Shown piece by piece: positions 48,523 to 59,101 of a stretch of 64,000 nucleotides of DNA. The notes below the pieces were generated by a model. That model ran no database searches and was not told where the DNA came from. It saw only the letters and a list, made by a program, of their open reading frames with translations. The stretch covers positions 341,006 to 405,005 of the forward strand of contig CAWJKZ010000021.1 in assembly GCA_963843575.1 (NCBI GenBank), written 5' to 3'. A program made the position numbers and the translations under genes. This stretch comes from an uncultured Acidobacteriota bacterium. Its GTDB lineage: Bacteria > Acidobacteriota > UBA6911. Numbering within the stretch: position 1 is the first letter of the stretch; the number at the start of each line of letters is the position of its first letter.

Positions 48523-49029
48523 TTACCCGGCGACCGGAGCTTCCCAGTCGTCCTCGGCGCTGATGCCGCCATCCGTCCACGTCCAGGCGATTTTCTGGTA
48601 CGTGAACGCGATGTTTTCGTACTCCGCATAGCGCATGAGCTCGGGGTTCTTGTTGTTGGCCATCGTGAACTCGATACTGGCGATGTTGGCGTTGGTCAAC
48701 TTGACCGTGTAGTGCTGCTTCTCCGCGCCGACCCCGCCTGCGGCCGACAGCTGAGGCGTCCAGAACTGCAGTTCCCACTCGGGGATGTTCTCGTTGTTGA
48801 CCAGGGCGTTGTACAGCAGGGGCGAGGCCTTGTCGAGTTCCTTGGTGATGACAAGCGCCTTGTGCATGCGCTTGCCGGTCGGCAACCCCGAAGCCGCATC
48901 TCTCGGGCTGATGATCTCATGGTGGACTGCGATCACCATGATCTTGCCCTCGCGCCCCTTTTGCGTCACGGAACCTTTGATGTCGCCCTGTTTCTGACCT
49001 TTCAACTTGAGATAAGCGTTCAGCGCCAT
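48523..49029 (-). CDS. hcp: T6SS tube protein Hcp
   Basis: AYLKLKG..QGDIKG, G.R.H....TKELDKASPLL, FTYQKI.W; strong GGAGGAGG RBS. Confidence 0.97.
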   Translation of the reverse strand: MALNAYLKLKGQKQGDIKGSVTQKGREGKIMVIAVHHEIISPRDAASGLPTGKRMHKALVITKELDKASPLLYNALVNNENIPEWELQFWTPQLSAAGGVGAEKQHYTVKLTNANIASIEFTMANNKNPELMRYAEYENIAFTYQKIAWTWTDGGISAEDDWEAPVAG

Positions 49030-49284
49030 GCTAGAGCACCTCCTCCTCCGGGCGTAACGCTCCGGCCCATGCCCGCACCATGCGTTGTGGCGGATGCCTC
49101 ACCCGGTCAGATTCCCAATCCTATTCCCTTTCGAACCTGCGCTGCGATTGTTAGCGAGAATACCAGATCCCGACCCCGGGGTCGAGACCCGGTTTGTTCA
49201 TCGTAAGATGTCGATCGAGGGCAATTTCTTAAATGCGCCGGCCCCCGCCCCCCGCCTGGGTTTTGTGTGATATACTGAGAGAAA

Positions 49285-50007
49285 ATGGGCAAGCGACCAT
49301 TCCATTTGGGACCCGACAAAGAGGAACCCGGCTCGAGAACGGGGCAGGCGACGGCCGAACTGGACGTCGCCGACGCGGGCAGGTATACCATCCAGCAGGT
49401 CGCCACCATTGGGCGCGCGCCCGACAGCCACATCGTTCTGGACGTCCGCTCCGTTTCCCGCCACCACGCGAGGATCTTCTACGAGGGGGGGCATTTCTGG
49501 CTTAAGGATCTCGACAGCGGCAACGGCACGACCGTAAATGGCAAGCGGGTGAAGTTGCAGATGCTGAGTGACGAGGACCGCGTCTGCTTCGGTGAGGCGA
49601 AGGCGGTATTCCGTACGGGCGCGCGCTCCCTCGCGGGACCGGCGCCCCTCGGGCGCGACCCGCTCGAGGGATCGGACGTGTCCCAGGACGGGACGCCGAC
49701 GGGGGGATTGCGGGGTTTCTACCCCGACGTCACGCCCGACGACAGGACCGGGCCTGCCGTGCGCGCTGCGTCGGAAACTCTCTCCACGCCCCCGCGCGAA
49801 ACCGGGGAGGCGGCTGCAGCGCTGAAAGCGCGCATCGAAAAACTCGAACGGGACAACGCCGAGCTCCGCCAGGAGATCGCCCAGCTTCGTTCGTCGGACC
49901 CGGCCAAGGAAACCGAACGCCTGCGCCGTCTCGTGGCCCAGCTCGAGCGGGCCCTCGCCGACAGCAACATCCGGATCCGCAACCTCCAGGAGCGGCTCGG
50001 CGGCTGA
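49285..50007 (+). CDS. FHA domain plus coiled-coil protein
   Basis: IGR...SVSRHHA...DLDSGNGT FHA domain; C-terminal heptad repeats. Confidence 0.88.
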   Translation: MGKRPFHLGPDKEEPGSRTGQATAELDVADAGRYTIQQVATIGRAPDSHIVLDVRSVSRHHARIFYEGGHFWLKDLDSGNGTTVNGKRVKLQMLSDEDRVCFGEAKAVFRTGARSLAGPAPLGRDPLEGSDVSQDGTPTGGLRGFYPDVTPDDRTGPAVRAASETLSTPPRETGEAAAALKARIEKLERDNAELRQEIAQLRSSDPAKETERLRRLVAQLERALADSNIRIRNLQERLGG

Positions 50008-50130
50008 GCGGGCCCTCCAGAGGCTAACGGAAAAGCTCACCTCGAAGACTCGAAGAGCTCAAAGAAACTCCAAGCACTGCCCATAAGTCTTCCGTGTCTT
50101 CGGTGACAAGTTCTTCTTGTCTGTCCCTGC

Positions 50131-53100
50131 CTACCTGCCCATCTTTTCCAGCCGGTCCCACCGCTCCTTGATTTCCTTCTGCACTTTTGCGGACGCGACC
50201 TTGAAGCTGTATTTCGCGTTGTGCAGGTCGCTGAACTCCAGCTTGTCGTCGTCTTTGAGGGAAAGCTTGAGGCTGCGGAACGGGATGCTGAAGGAATGCT
50301 CTTTTTCGCTTGCCTGGTATTCCACCGAGACGCCGCTGATGCGGAGCTCGCCCGTGCACTTTCCCTTCAGGAAGCCGTGGGTGTGCTCCACCGTGTAGCG
50401 GGAGACGGTTTCGCGCGCCGCCCGCTGGCGCAGCAGGTCGCGGTCGCCGGGATTCATGAGCCGGAGGTCGGCGTCGTACACGAGTGAGATGTTCTCGCCG
50501 TCGAAGAAATCGCGGGTCAGGGTGGACTGGTGGCCGCGCGCGGTCTTGACCGTGATCTTGTGGCGGCCGACCGGGATCGATTTGTTCTCGACTTCGCCGT
50601 TGGTGCCGAGCGACTGGTCGTCGAGCAGCAGGGTGCCGGGATCTCCGAGGCGGTAGATGCTGAAGCTTGCGCGTGCCGAGGCTTTCCGGGTTTCCGCGCG
50701 TTTGCGCAGCTCGGCGGCGGCCGAGTCGCCGGGGTTCAGCTTCTCCAGGTGCGTCACGGCGCCGAGGGCTTCGTCATAGTTGTTGGCCGCCATGGCGGTG
50801 TCGTATGCCCTCTGCGCAGTGCCGGCCTCGGCCGCCTGGTTCTTTAGGGACTGGGCCGGTCCGCTTGCGGGGTCCTCGGCCAGCCACTGCTCCGCGGCCG
50901 TCTGAGCTTCGCCGTACTTGCCCTGCTTGAAAAGGTCCGCGGCCTTGCGGCCGAGCTCCGCACTCCGGCTCGCCTTCTGGGCGGCGGCAGCCTGGTCCAG
51001 GTCTTTCTGCTGTTTCTTGGCGGCCTCCGCTGCCTTGGCGGCGATCTGTCTGCGCAGCGGACCCAGTTCGGGAGCGTCGGGCCTGAGTTGAGCTACCTTG
51101 GCCAGCTCCGCCCTGGCCTCGACGAGCTTCCCGGCGCCGATGTAGGCGGCTGCTTCGACCAGCCATTTCTTGATCTCGATCTCCTGTTCCGCGCCGCTCT
51201 TGTTCGAGGAGGCCTCGGCGTCGAGCTGCGAGAGGATGGCGAGGGCGGGTTCGTTTGCGGGATCGATCTGCAGGATCCTCTGCAGCGTCTTGCGGCTCTC
51301 CTCCGGCAGGTTCTGCGCCCGCTGGCCCTGGGCCTCGAGCAGCAGAAGGCTCACCTCCTTCAGGCCCTTCTGCCTCTGCGCTTCCTTCAGGAGCGCTTCG
51401 GCCTCGGTGTTTCCGGGGAACTCCTGCAAGGTGCGCTGCAGCTCTGCGATGGCCTCGACGTAGAGGCTCCGGTCCATGCTGGCTCTGGCCTCGGCGATCC
51501 GCTGGGCCGGTGTGGCAACGGGTCCGGGGCGGTGCAGATACCACCAGGTGCCCCCCGCGGCCCCCAGGAGCACAATCAGGGCCGCGGCGCCGGCCCACAG
51601 CGGCAGGCTGGATTTCCGCTGCGCACCGGGGGGCGGGAGAATGACGGTCTTTTCCATGCGGACCGTCTCGACGGCCGCGGGAGCGGGATGCTTGTCCCGG
51701 TCCGCCTCCCGGGTCTTTTTGCGCTGCTCCTTCTCGGTGTCCCTCTGCGCCTTCTCCCGTTCCTTCTGAGCTACCCGGGCAGTTTTCTCGATGTCCTTCA
51801 GCAGCCCTTTTGCCGCCTTGTTTCCGTCCTCGAGCGCGAGGGCCTGTAGTGCGAGTTCCTTCGCCTTTTCGAACTGTCCGCCGTCCAGCGCGCTCCGGCT
51901 GCCGGCGAGCAGGGCTGCGAGCTCATCCCGGCGCCGCTGTGCCTCGATCTCGGTCATGCGGCGCAGGAACGCCGCGGCGTCTGCGTTTTGCGGGTCGGCC
52001 TCGAGCGCCTCGCGCGCCTTGGCCACCGCTCCCGCGGCATCGCCGGAGGCAAGCAGCCGGTCCCCTTCCGCCACCAGCACCGCGACCTTCTCCTTGCGGG
52101 CCTTTTCGTGGACGGAGTCGATGCGGCGTATCATGTCCTTGGCCTTGGTGCTTCCGGGATCGAGCACGAGAGCGCGCCGCGCCAGTGCCTCGGATTGACC
52201 CAGGCTCCCCTGGAGGAAGGCCTGCTGCGCCTGGCTTATGAGCTCGTTGAGTTCCTGCTTGAACCGCCTGTCCTCGCGTGCCTGGCGGACCCGCTGGAGG
52301 AGTTCGGCAGAGGCCGGGTGGTCGGGGCGGACCTTCAGGGCCTCCCCGACGTGGAGTTCCGCGTCGTCGTAATCATGCCTCTCGAGCGCGTCCTCGGTCT
52401 TTCTCAGCAGCAGCTTGACTTCCTCGGCTCTGCGGGTCCCCTCCTTGCTTTCGGCGATTTCGAGGAGCAGGCGGGAGACGGCGGAGTCCGGGGCGGGGTC
52501 GAGGATCAGGGCTTCGGAGGCGAGCACCGCCGCTTCCTCGAACGACTGGCGTCCGAGCGCCTCCCTGGCATCTCGGAGCAGTGCGGACAGGCGCTCGGCG
52601 CGTTGTTTCACCTCGATAGCCCGGTCGATCTTCGCCGCGAGCTCCGACGCCTCGGTACTCCTGGGCGACATCTCGAGCGCCCGGTCGACGTGCGCCCGCG
52701 CCTTATCGAGGGCGTCGGTCTGAAAGAGTTGAAGCGCCTGGTCGAGTTCCGACTGCAGGCGCGCCCGGAGTTCCTCTCCCCGGATCCCCTCTTCCGCCTC
52801 CTCGATGCCGAGGCGGACGGCCGTGTCGTCGCCCATGACTTCCCGGGCGCGCTGCAGCGCGCGCAGGCTCTCCCGGAACTTCTTGTCGGCAAGGAGCTTG
52901 AACCCGGCAGCCTTGTCGCGCTCGGCCTGTTCTTTGCGCGCGAGGCGCGCCTTCTCGGCCTCCGCCCCGGCCATGGCCTGGCGCCGCAGGTCGATCGCAT
53001 CGGCTCGATCCGGCTCGAGTTCCAGCACGCCGCTGACGCACTCCAGCGTGGTCGAAAACCGGCCGGCGGTCAGCGCGTCGCGTGCGGTGGCCAACAGCTC

Positions 53101-54430
53101 CGCGATGCGCGCCTTCCTCCGTTCCTCGATCCGCCGCCGGGACTGGGCCAGAAGCTGCACATACTCTTCCTTGGGACCGAGGATACCGATCGCCTGGCGC
53201 AGAATGTCGAGCGCCTCTTCGGGGTGGTCCGCATCCAGCAGTTTTTTCCCCTCGCTGAACATCTGGGCGCCCCGCTCGGCGTCGGCTGCCGCCGGCTGAG
53301 GCTGGGGCTGGGAGGGTGGTGGCGGGGACTGGGGCGCCGGCCGCGCGGAATCTCCCGGAGCATCCGCCACGGGCGCACTCTCACGCGGGGGGGCCGGCGG
53401 CACGGGGCGGGCTGGCGCGGGGCGCAACAGCGCTTCACGCTCGAGCGACGCGTGCAGGGACCGCACGGCTGCGTAGGATGGCTTCTCGTCGCGCAGAGCT
53501 TCGCGGACGCTGTTGGCCAGCTGCACCACCGCCGGCGGGAGCGCCGGGGCGCTCGGCGGCCTGGGCCAGCCGCGGGGCGGCGTCCTGGATCTCATTCAGG
53601 AGACGCTGCGCCGAAGAGGCCATTTCCTCAAGGAGCCTGCGGCAGGCCCGGCTCACGTCCGCCATGGACGCGTAGCGCTTGTCGGGCTCCTTGGCCATGC
53701 ATGTGTTCAGGATAGGCCACAGCGCAGCCGGGGCCTCCGGCAGCAGCTCGGCGAAAGGGAATTGTGTCTGGAACAGGATGTTGTCCATCGTCTTGACGAT
53801 GTTCTTGTCCCGGAACGGGTGCGTGTAGGTGAGGAATTCGTAAAAGACAATCCCTGCCGAGAAAATGTCGGAACGCTCGTCGTACTGTCCGCCGCGGATC
53901 TGTTCGGGCGACATGTAGACTGGGGTGCCCAGGCGCACGCCGGACCGTGTCAGGTCCGAGGAGGGGATACGGGCGATGCCGAAATCGAGGAGTTTCACGC
54001 TGCCGGCCGGGGTGACGTGGATATTGCCGGGCTTGATGTCGCGGTGGATGATACCGTGCAAGTGCGCGTGGTTGAGCCCCTCGGCGACCTGGACCATCAC
54101 CGAGAGCTTCTGTTCGAGCGGGATGCGCTCCTTCTCCTTGATGATGTTCTTGAGGTCTTTTCCCTCGAGCAGCTCCATGACGATGTAGGTGATTTTGCCG
54201 TCCTCGCCGAGGTCGTGAATGATCACGATGTTCGGGTGCTGGAGGCTTGCGGCGGAGCGGGCTTCGCGGTAGAACCGCAGCTTGAGCTCCTGGTCCCACT
54301 TGATGTCTTCCGCCATCGTCTTGATTGCGACGTAGCGGCCGAGCACCTCGTCGTACGCCTTGTAGACGGCGCCCATCGCGCCTTCGCCGAGCTTTTCAAC
54401 GATCGAGTACTTCCCCAGTTTTTGGATCAT
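50131..54430 (-). CDS. transmembrane Ser/Thr protein kinase with long TPR arrays (PpkA-like role); split by a frameshift at about 53538
   Basis: Intact GEGAMG, VAIK, HRDIKPGN, DFG and SPEQ. Removing one base from the run at 53537-53539 joins ORFs 53435..54430 and 50131..53595 into about 1432 aa (..PGAPPAVVQ..). Confidence 0.85.
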
Positions 54431-56621
54431 CGTGTCGATTTCTTGAGCGCCTGGATACGTCGTTCGAGAAGTTCCATGATCGGGATGCCGTCGAGCGTTC
54501 CGAGGGTCGCCTCGGGGTACTCACCGGCCCGGGTGTAGTGCGCCAGCGCCTGGCCGGGGTCGCCGAGTTCTTCGTAGCAGCGTCCCTGATAGAACAGCAC
54601 AGTCCCGGGGCAGATCCCCGAGCGCAGCGGGCCCAGGTCGGCCCTCTCCAGCATTTCGAGCGCGCGCCTCCACTCCCCCTGGTCCATCAGGCCGCGGGCC
54701 AGGCTCAGGGCGGCAAAACGTGAGGCGGGGTCGGCGGGGTCGCGCTCCAGCAGATGGTTGAGGAACGCCATGACGGCATTGACCAACCCGTCGGGCGCGC
54801 TCCACGGGTACTCCGCCCCCGCGAAGCGCACGGCCACCGTTGGACGCTGCCGCCGGCCTCGAATTCGAGCGCAACCGACTGCCCCGGCCGGCGGGTGCGC
54901 AGGTAGGTCTGGAACTGGCCGTAATCCATCGGCCTCTGATCGACGCTGCGGATCACGCTTCCCGGCGGGATGGGCGACTGCGCCTCGGCCGCCGGGCGCT
55001 GGTCCTTCACGACGACCAGTCCGCGGGTGGTCTCGAGCAGGCTGAGTGCCACGTGGGGGGTGACCATACGGGATGGAACTCTCCCGGCGTTGTCGATCTG
55101 AGCCACGAGAAAATCGAGCGCGGCCGCCTCGACGTTCGGCACTTCGATCAGGTCGGGGTGTGGGCTGAGCTTTCCGTACAGCCTGAACACCAGGCTGTCT
55201 CCCATGCGCAGGCCGAACAGCAGCAGGTCCACGCGTCCGGCCTGCTGCGAAGCGGCGGCGACCATGGACGCCAGGTCTGCGGGCGAACGCTCCGCCGCGA
55301 TCAGTTTCTCCGGGACCGCGCTCCCGCCCGGCTGCCGTCCAGACGCACCTCCCCCGGTGAGGCCGAAAGTGCTCATGCCGGTGGCCAGTCGCCGCGCCAC
55401 CGGCTCCCAATCGGGCAGTGAAGGCGCCAGTGAACCGGCAGCCGTACCCGGGCCATACACACCCAGGAAGGCCAGTGCCGGTTTGAGGTCGCCGGCAGCT
55501 CCGGTCGAGCGCCCACGCTCGACGAGCACCTCCTTGACGAACTGCCCGGCGGGGTGGACGACCCGGACCTCGTGGCGGCCCACGCAGACGTCGAGCCGCA
55601 ACGGGGTCTTGCCCGTGGTCACGCCGTCGAGCAACACCTCGCCCCCCTCGGGTGTGGAGCCGACCTCGAGCGTCCCGAGGTCCTTTTTCAGCTCCACGTT
55701 GACGAGTTCGGGACGGACCAGCAGGGGCTTGCCCCAGTCGACCTCCTCGTCGCGCACCGTCACGCTCAAGGTCTTGGGCTCATAGCAGGGTGCCGCCAGG
55801 TCGATCGCGACGGTGTCGCCCACGGGGATATCGGCCAGGGAGAGGTAGCTCGAGCTCTTATCGCCCGCCCAACCCGGCGAGGACTGGATCTGGGCTTTCT
55901 GCTCCGGGAGGAGCGAGGCCAGCCAGTCGTCGTAACCCGTACCGCGTCCGGCGGGCTGACCGTTGACGCGCACTTCGACGGCCAGTGCCTTCACCGAGAT
56001 GGGGATCTGGACCGCGCGCCGCCGCAACCCGCGCTCCATGCCAAGCAGCTCGGCCGGCCGGATGGTCACCTCGAATGGCTCGTCCCGGTACCCGTCCTTG
56101 TGCAAGAGCAGTTTGTAGGAACCCGCGATCAGCGGAAGGTCCACGGGCGTCGTCCCCAGGGACTGGCCGAGATAGAGCAGTCCGGCCCCCGGCGGGGCAG
56201 TCTGAAGGGAAAGCCGGCCCGTCTCGGCCGAGCGGATCCTGTCCACGAGAAGTTTCTCGCGCGGGTTGAAGACGGCGTCGCCGACGAGCGGGGCGACGAC
56301 CATGATGTCCCGCACGGTGGCGGCGATCGTCGCCTCGTCGGCAAGGAGCTTGCTCTGCGTCCGCATCTGCAGCAGCAGGGCCTCCTGGAAGATGGAGCGG
56401 CTCTCCGCGTCCAGGTTACCGGTTTGCAGCCGGCCGCGCAATTCCGTCAGCAGCGGGGCGAGTTTCTCGGGGACCTTCTGAAGTTCGGTTTCCTGCAGGC
56501 CGGCAGCCTCGGTCAGCAGCTGTCGCAGCTGTGCCACCGGGGTCGGCTCCGCGGGCGCGGCCTGTGGGAACGCGGTGGCGAGCGACAATTCCAGTGCGGA
56601 CAGCAACAGTAGGATTCTCAC
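54427..56621 (-). CDS. exported PEGA/PDZ-like/TPR protein; split by a frameshift at about 54840
   Basis: Signal peptide and two PEGA motifs (TAPPGA..GTTP, STPEGG..GKTP). Adding one base at 54840-54841 restores ..VQTVAVRF... Start and stop overlap the neighbours (GTGA, ATGA). Confidence 0.78.
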
Positions 56622-58120
56622 CGGTACAGCACCCAATTCTCGTCGTTCTTGCCGGTCGCGACCACCTCGCCGGTCTGCGATACGCCGATGACCTTCAAGT
56701 TCCGGTACGAGGGCTTCGGGTCGAGCGCCACGGAGCCTAACCGGTCCGGCTCGACTCTGCCCGCGGCGTCCTTGGCGGCGAACACCTCGATTGAGTTGTT
56801 CCCGGAGTCGAGCATGTAGACGTTGTTCAGGAGATCCAGCGCGAAGTACTCGATGGTCGGTTCGCGGGCGCCGCCGGGCGCCAACGTGGTCAGAGGCTTC
56901 CCCTCGGCGGACAGGACCTGAACGGATTTCAGATCGGCGCCGAGGATGTAGAGGTAACCGCGGCGATCGATCCGCAGTTGATGTCCGCGGACCGGCGCGG
57001 CCAGCGTGGCGAGTATGGGGGTGGCGGCACCGGTGCCGGTCCGGTGCGTGCTGCCCTGCGGCAGCCGGAACAGCCCGGCCTCGAGGTCCAGCAGGTAAAG
57101 GTCGCCACGCGGGTCGAACGCGATGGATCTGAGCTTTCCCAGGGTCTTCTGCCTACCCCCCACGGTCGCGCTCACCTTCACCAGCATCCCGGTCCCGAGG
57201 TCGACCGAGTCTTCGGCGACATAGCAGGTGATCCCGTCGGCGCTGGTGGCCGCGTCCTCGAGTCTGCGAGCCGCTCTGGTTTCGAGCACCTTGGCATCCA
57301 TCGAGACGCCCAGCAACTGGTCGCGGTCGATCAGGATGAATCGACCGCCCGAAAAGGAGAGGGACCGCGGGTCCTTCAAACTGGCCACACCGGCGAGCCG
57401 GACCGCCGCCGTCTCGGCGAAGATTTGGCCTGCCGGGCCCGGCGTCGGCCTGACAAAACGGGAGAGCACGGCGAGGTAGTCTTGGGTGCGGCCGTAAATC
57501 GTCGGCAGCGGCGAGACCGAGAGGGCGCGCTGAAGGTGGGCGACGGCCGCGGTCCGGCTGCCCGCTGACGCGTCACACAATCCGAGCAGCACGTAACTGG
57601 CGGCCAGGGTGGGCGAGAAGGGGTCGGCCTCGATGACGGAACTGGACAGGGCGCGCGCTCCCGCGAGGTCCCCGGAGCGAAACGCCGCGTCCGCGCGGGC
57701 CTGCAGGGCACAGGACGAGTCCATGAGCGCGGCGTCCTCGAGGGCCGCCGCCCCCAGTTCGGGGCGCCCCTGGGCCGCGGCGGCGAAATAGCGCTGCAGG
57801 ATGTCGATCCGTCTCACCAAGGCGGCGGTTTGCGCACCCTGTGCGCTCAGGCGTTCGAAGCGGGCCACGCGGTCGGGTACAGAACCCGGGTGGAGCAAGC
57901 CGATGACCTGGATCATCTCCAGCAGCCGGGGGGTGAAGGCCGCGCCCGGCGAAGCCATCGCCGCGGCGTCCAGTCTGGACACGAACGGGAGGAGGCCTTC
58001 GGTCGGGGCTGCGGCAAGCGCCTCCTGGTAGCGTGCCCGCACCGGGTTCTGAACAACCGCGGCCCGCTCCGGCACGAGCGGCAGGAACGCCGCCAGGAAG
58101 ACAATCCACAACGCAGGCAT
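56618..58120 (-). CDS. exported TPR plus NHL-like beta-propeller protein
   Basis: Signal peptide, helical repeats, then repeats such as IAFDPRGDLYLLD, IDRRGYLYIL and ALDLLNNVYMLD. Confidence 0.75.
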   Translation of the reverse strand: MPALWIVFLAAFLPLVPERAAVVQNPVRARYQEALAAAPTEGLLPFVSRLDAAAMASPGAAFTPRLLEMIQVIGLLHPGSVPDRVARFERLSAQGAQTAALVRRIDILQRYFAAAAQGRPELGAAALEDAALMDSSCALQARADAAFRSGDLAGARALSSSVIEADPFSPTLAASYVLLGLCDASAGSRTAAVAHLQRALSVSPLPTIYGRTQDYLAVLSRFVRPTPGPAGQIFAETAAVRLAGVASLKDPRSLSFSGGRFILIDRDQLLGVSMDAKVLETRAARRLEDAATSADGITCYVAEDSVDLGTGMLVKVSATVGGRQKTLGKLRSIAFDPRGDLYLLDLEAGLFRLPQGSTHRTGTGAATPILATLAAPVRGHQLRIDRRGYLYILGADLKSVQVLSAEGKPLTTLAPGGAREPTIEYFALDLLNNVYMLDSGNNSIEVFAAKDAAGRVEPDRLGSVALDPKPSYRNLKVIGVSQTGEVVATGKNDENWVLYR

Positions 58121-58275
58121 GCGTGACTCCGCAGACGCTCAAAAGGCAGCCGGTCAATGAGATGGGCGGGGGCCCCGGTCTCAGAGTTTGTATTGTGTCT
58201 CGGGATGGAATTATATCAGGAGGCAGGGGTTTTACGTTGACATTTTCCGAGGCGCGATACTAAAAATGCATTGTT

Positions 58276-59094
58276 ATGACAGTCTTGCCAAGCTTCGAGG
58301 TGCTGGCCTACGCCCTCACCGACCTTGGGCGGGTGCGCTCGACCAACGAGGATTCCTTCTTCATCGCCAACCTCACCCAAGGGGTCCGGATCGAGAAGAA
58401 CGGCAAGCTTTGCTTCGCTTCGGGGGCCAAGGGCTCGCTCTTCGCGGTCGCGGACGGCATGGGGGGAGCCGCGGCCGGCGAGATGGCAAGCAGGACCGGG
58501 TTGCGCGCCCTGTACCGGGAAATCCAGGAGCTCTCGCGAGGCCTGCGGCAGGGAGATGGGGAGCTCCTGCAGGAGGTCCTCATCGACTCGGTCGGGTCGG
58601 CAAACAGGTTGGTCTACGAGATGGCCCAGCGCAACCCGGAGTACGCCGGGATGGGCACGACCCTCACGGTCGTGCTCGAGCTCGCCGGGCACGCCATGGT
58701 GGGCCAGGTGGGCGACAGCCGGGCGTATCTGCTGCGGGAAGACGGGATACGGCAGCTGACCCGGGATCAGTCCCTTGTGGCGCAACGGGTCAGCCTCGGG
58801 GAGATCACCGAGGAAGAGGCGCGGACGCACCCGGAACGCAACATACTGCTGCAGGCGCTGGGGGTGCGGCCGACCGTGGAAGTGGCGCTTCGGTCGTTGC
58901 TCGTGCGTCCCGGCGATGTCCTGCTGCTCTGTTCGGACGGGCTGCACTCGCAGATGTCGTCGGATGAGATCTATGCGGTCGTGACGGAGTCGGCCAGCCC
59001 CGAGGCCGCCTGCACCGACTTGGTGGACCTCGCCAACGCGCGGGGAGGGCCCGACAACATCACCGCCGTGCTTGTGCAGTTCCTCGCGGACTGA
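58276..59094 (+). CDS. PP2C-type Ser/Thr phosphatase (Stp1/PppA-like)
   Basis: G.VR..NED, VADGMGG, MGTT, VGDSR, CSDGL, GG.DNIT. Confidence 0.95.
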   Translation: MTVLPSFEVLAYALTDLGRVRSTNEDSFFIANLTQGVRIEKNGKLCFASGAKGSLFAVADGMGGAAAGEMASRTGLRALYREIQELSRGLRQGDGELLQEVLIDSVGSANRLVYEMAQRNPEYAGMGTTLTVVLELAGHAMVGQVGDSRAYLLREDGIRQLTRDQSLVAQRVSLGEITEEEARTHPERNILLQALGVRPTVEVALRSLLVRPGDVLLLCSDGLHSQMSSDEIYAVVTESASPEAACTDLVDLANARGGPDNITAVLVQFLAD

Positions 59095-59101
59095 CGGTTT
59101 T

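Noticed and set aside
53500-53600. Programmed ribosomal frameshift or phase variation in the kinase gene
   Set aside because: No slippery heptamer and the run is only 3 nt; several similar indels elsewhere point to sequencing error
58237-58267. TTGACA box before the PP2C gene
   Set aside because: No good -10 hexamer at 16-18 nt spacing, so not called as a promoter
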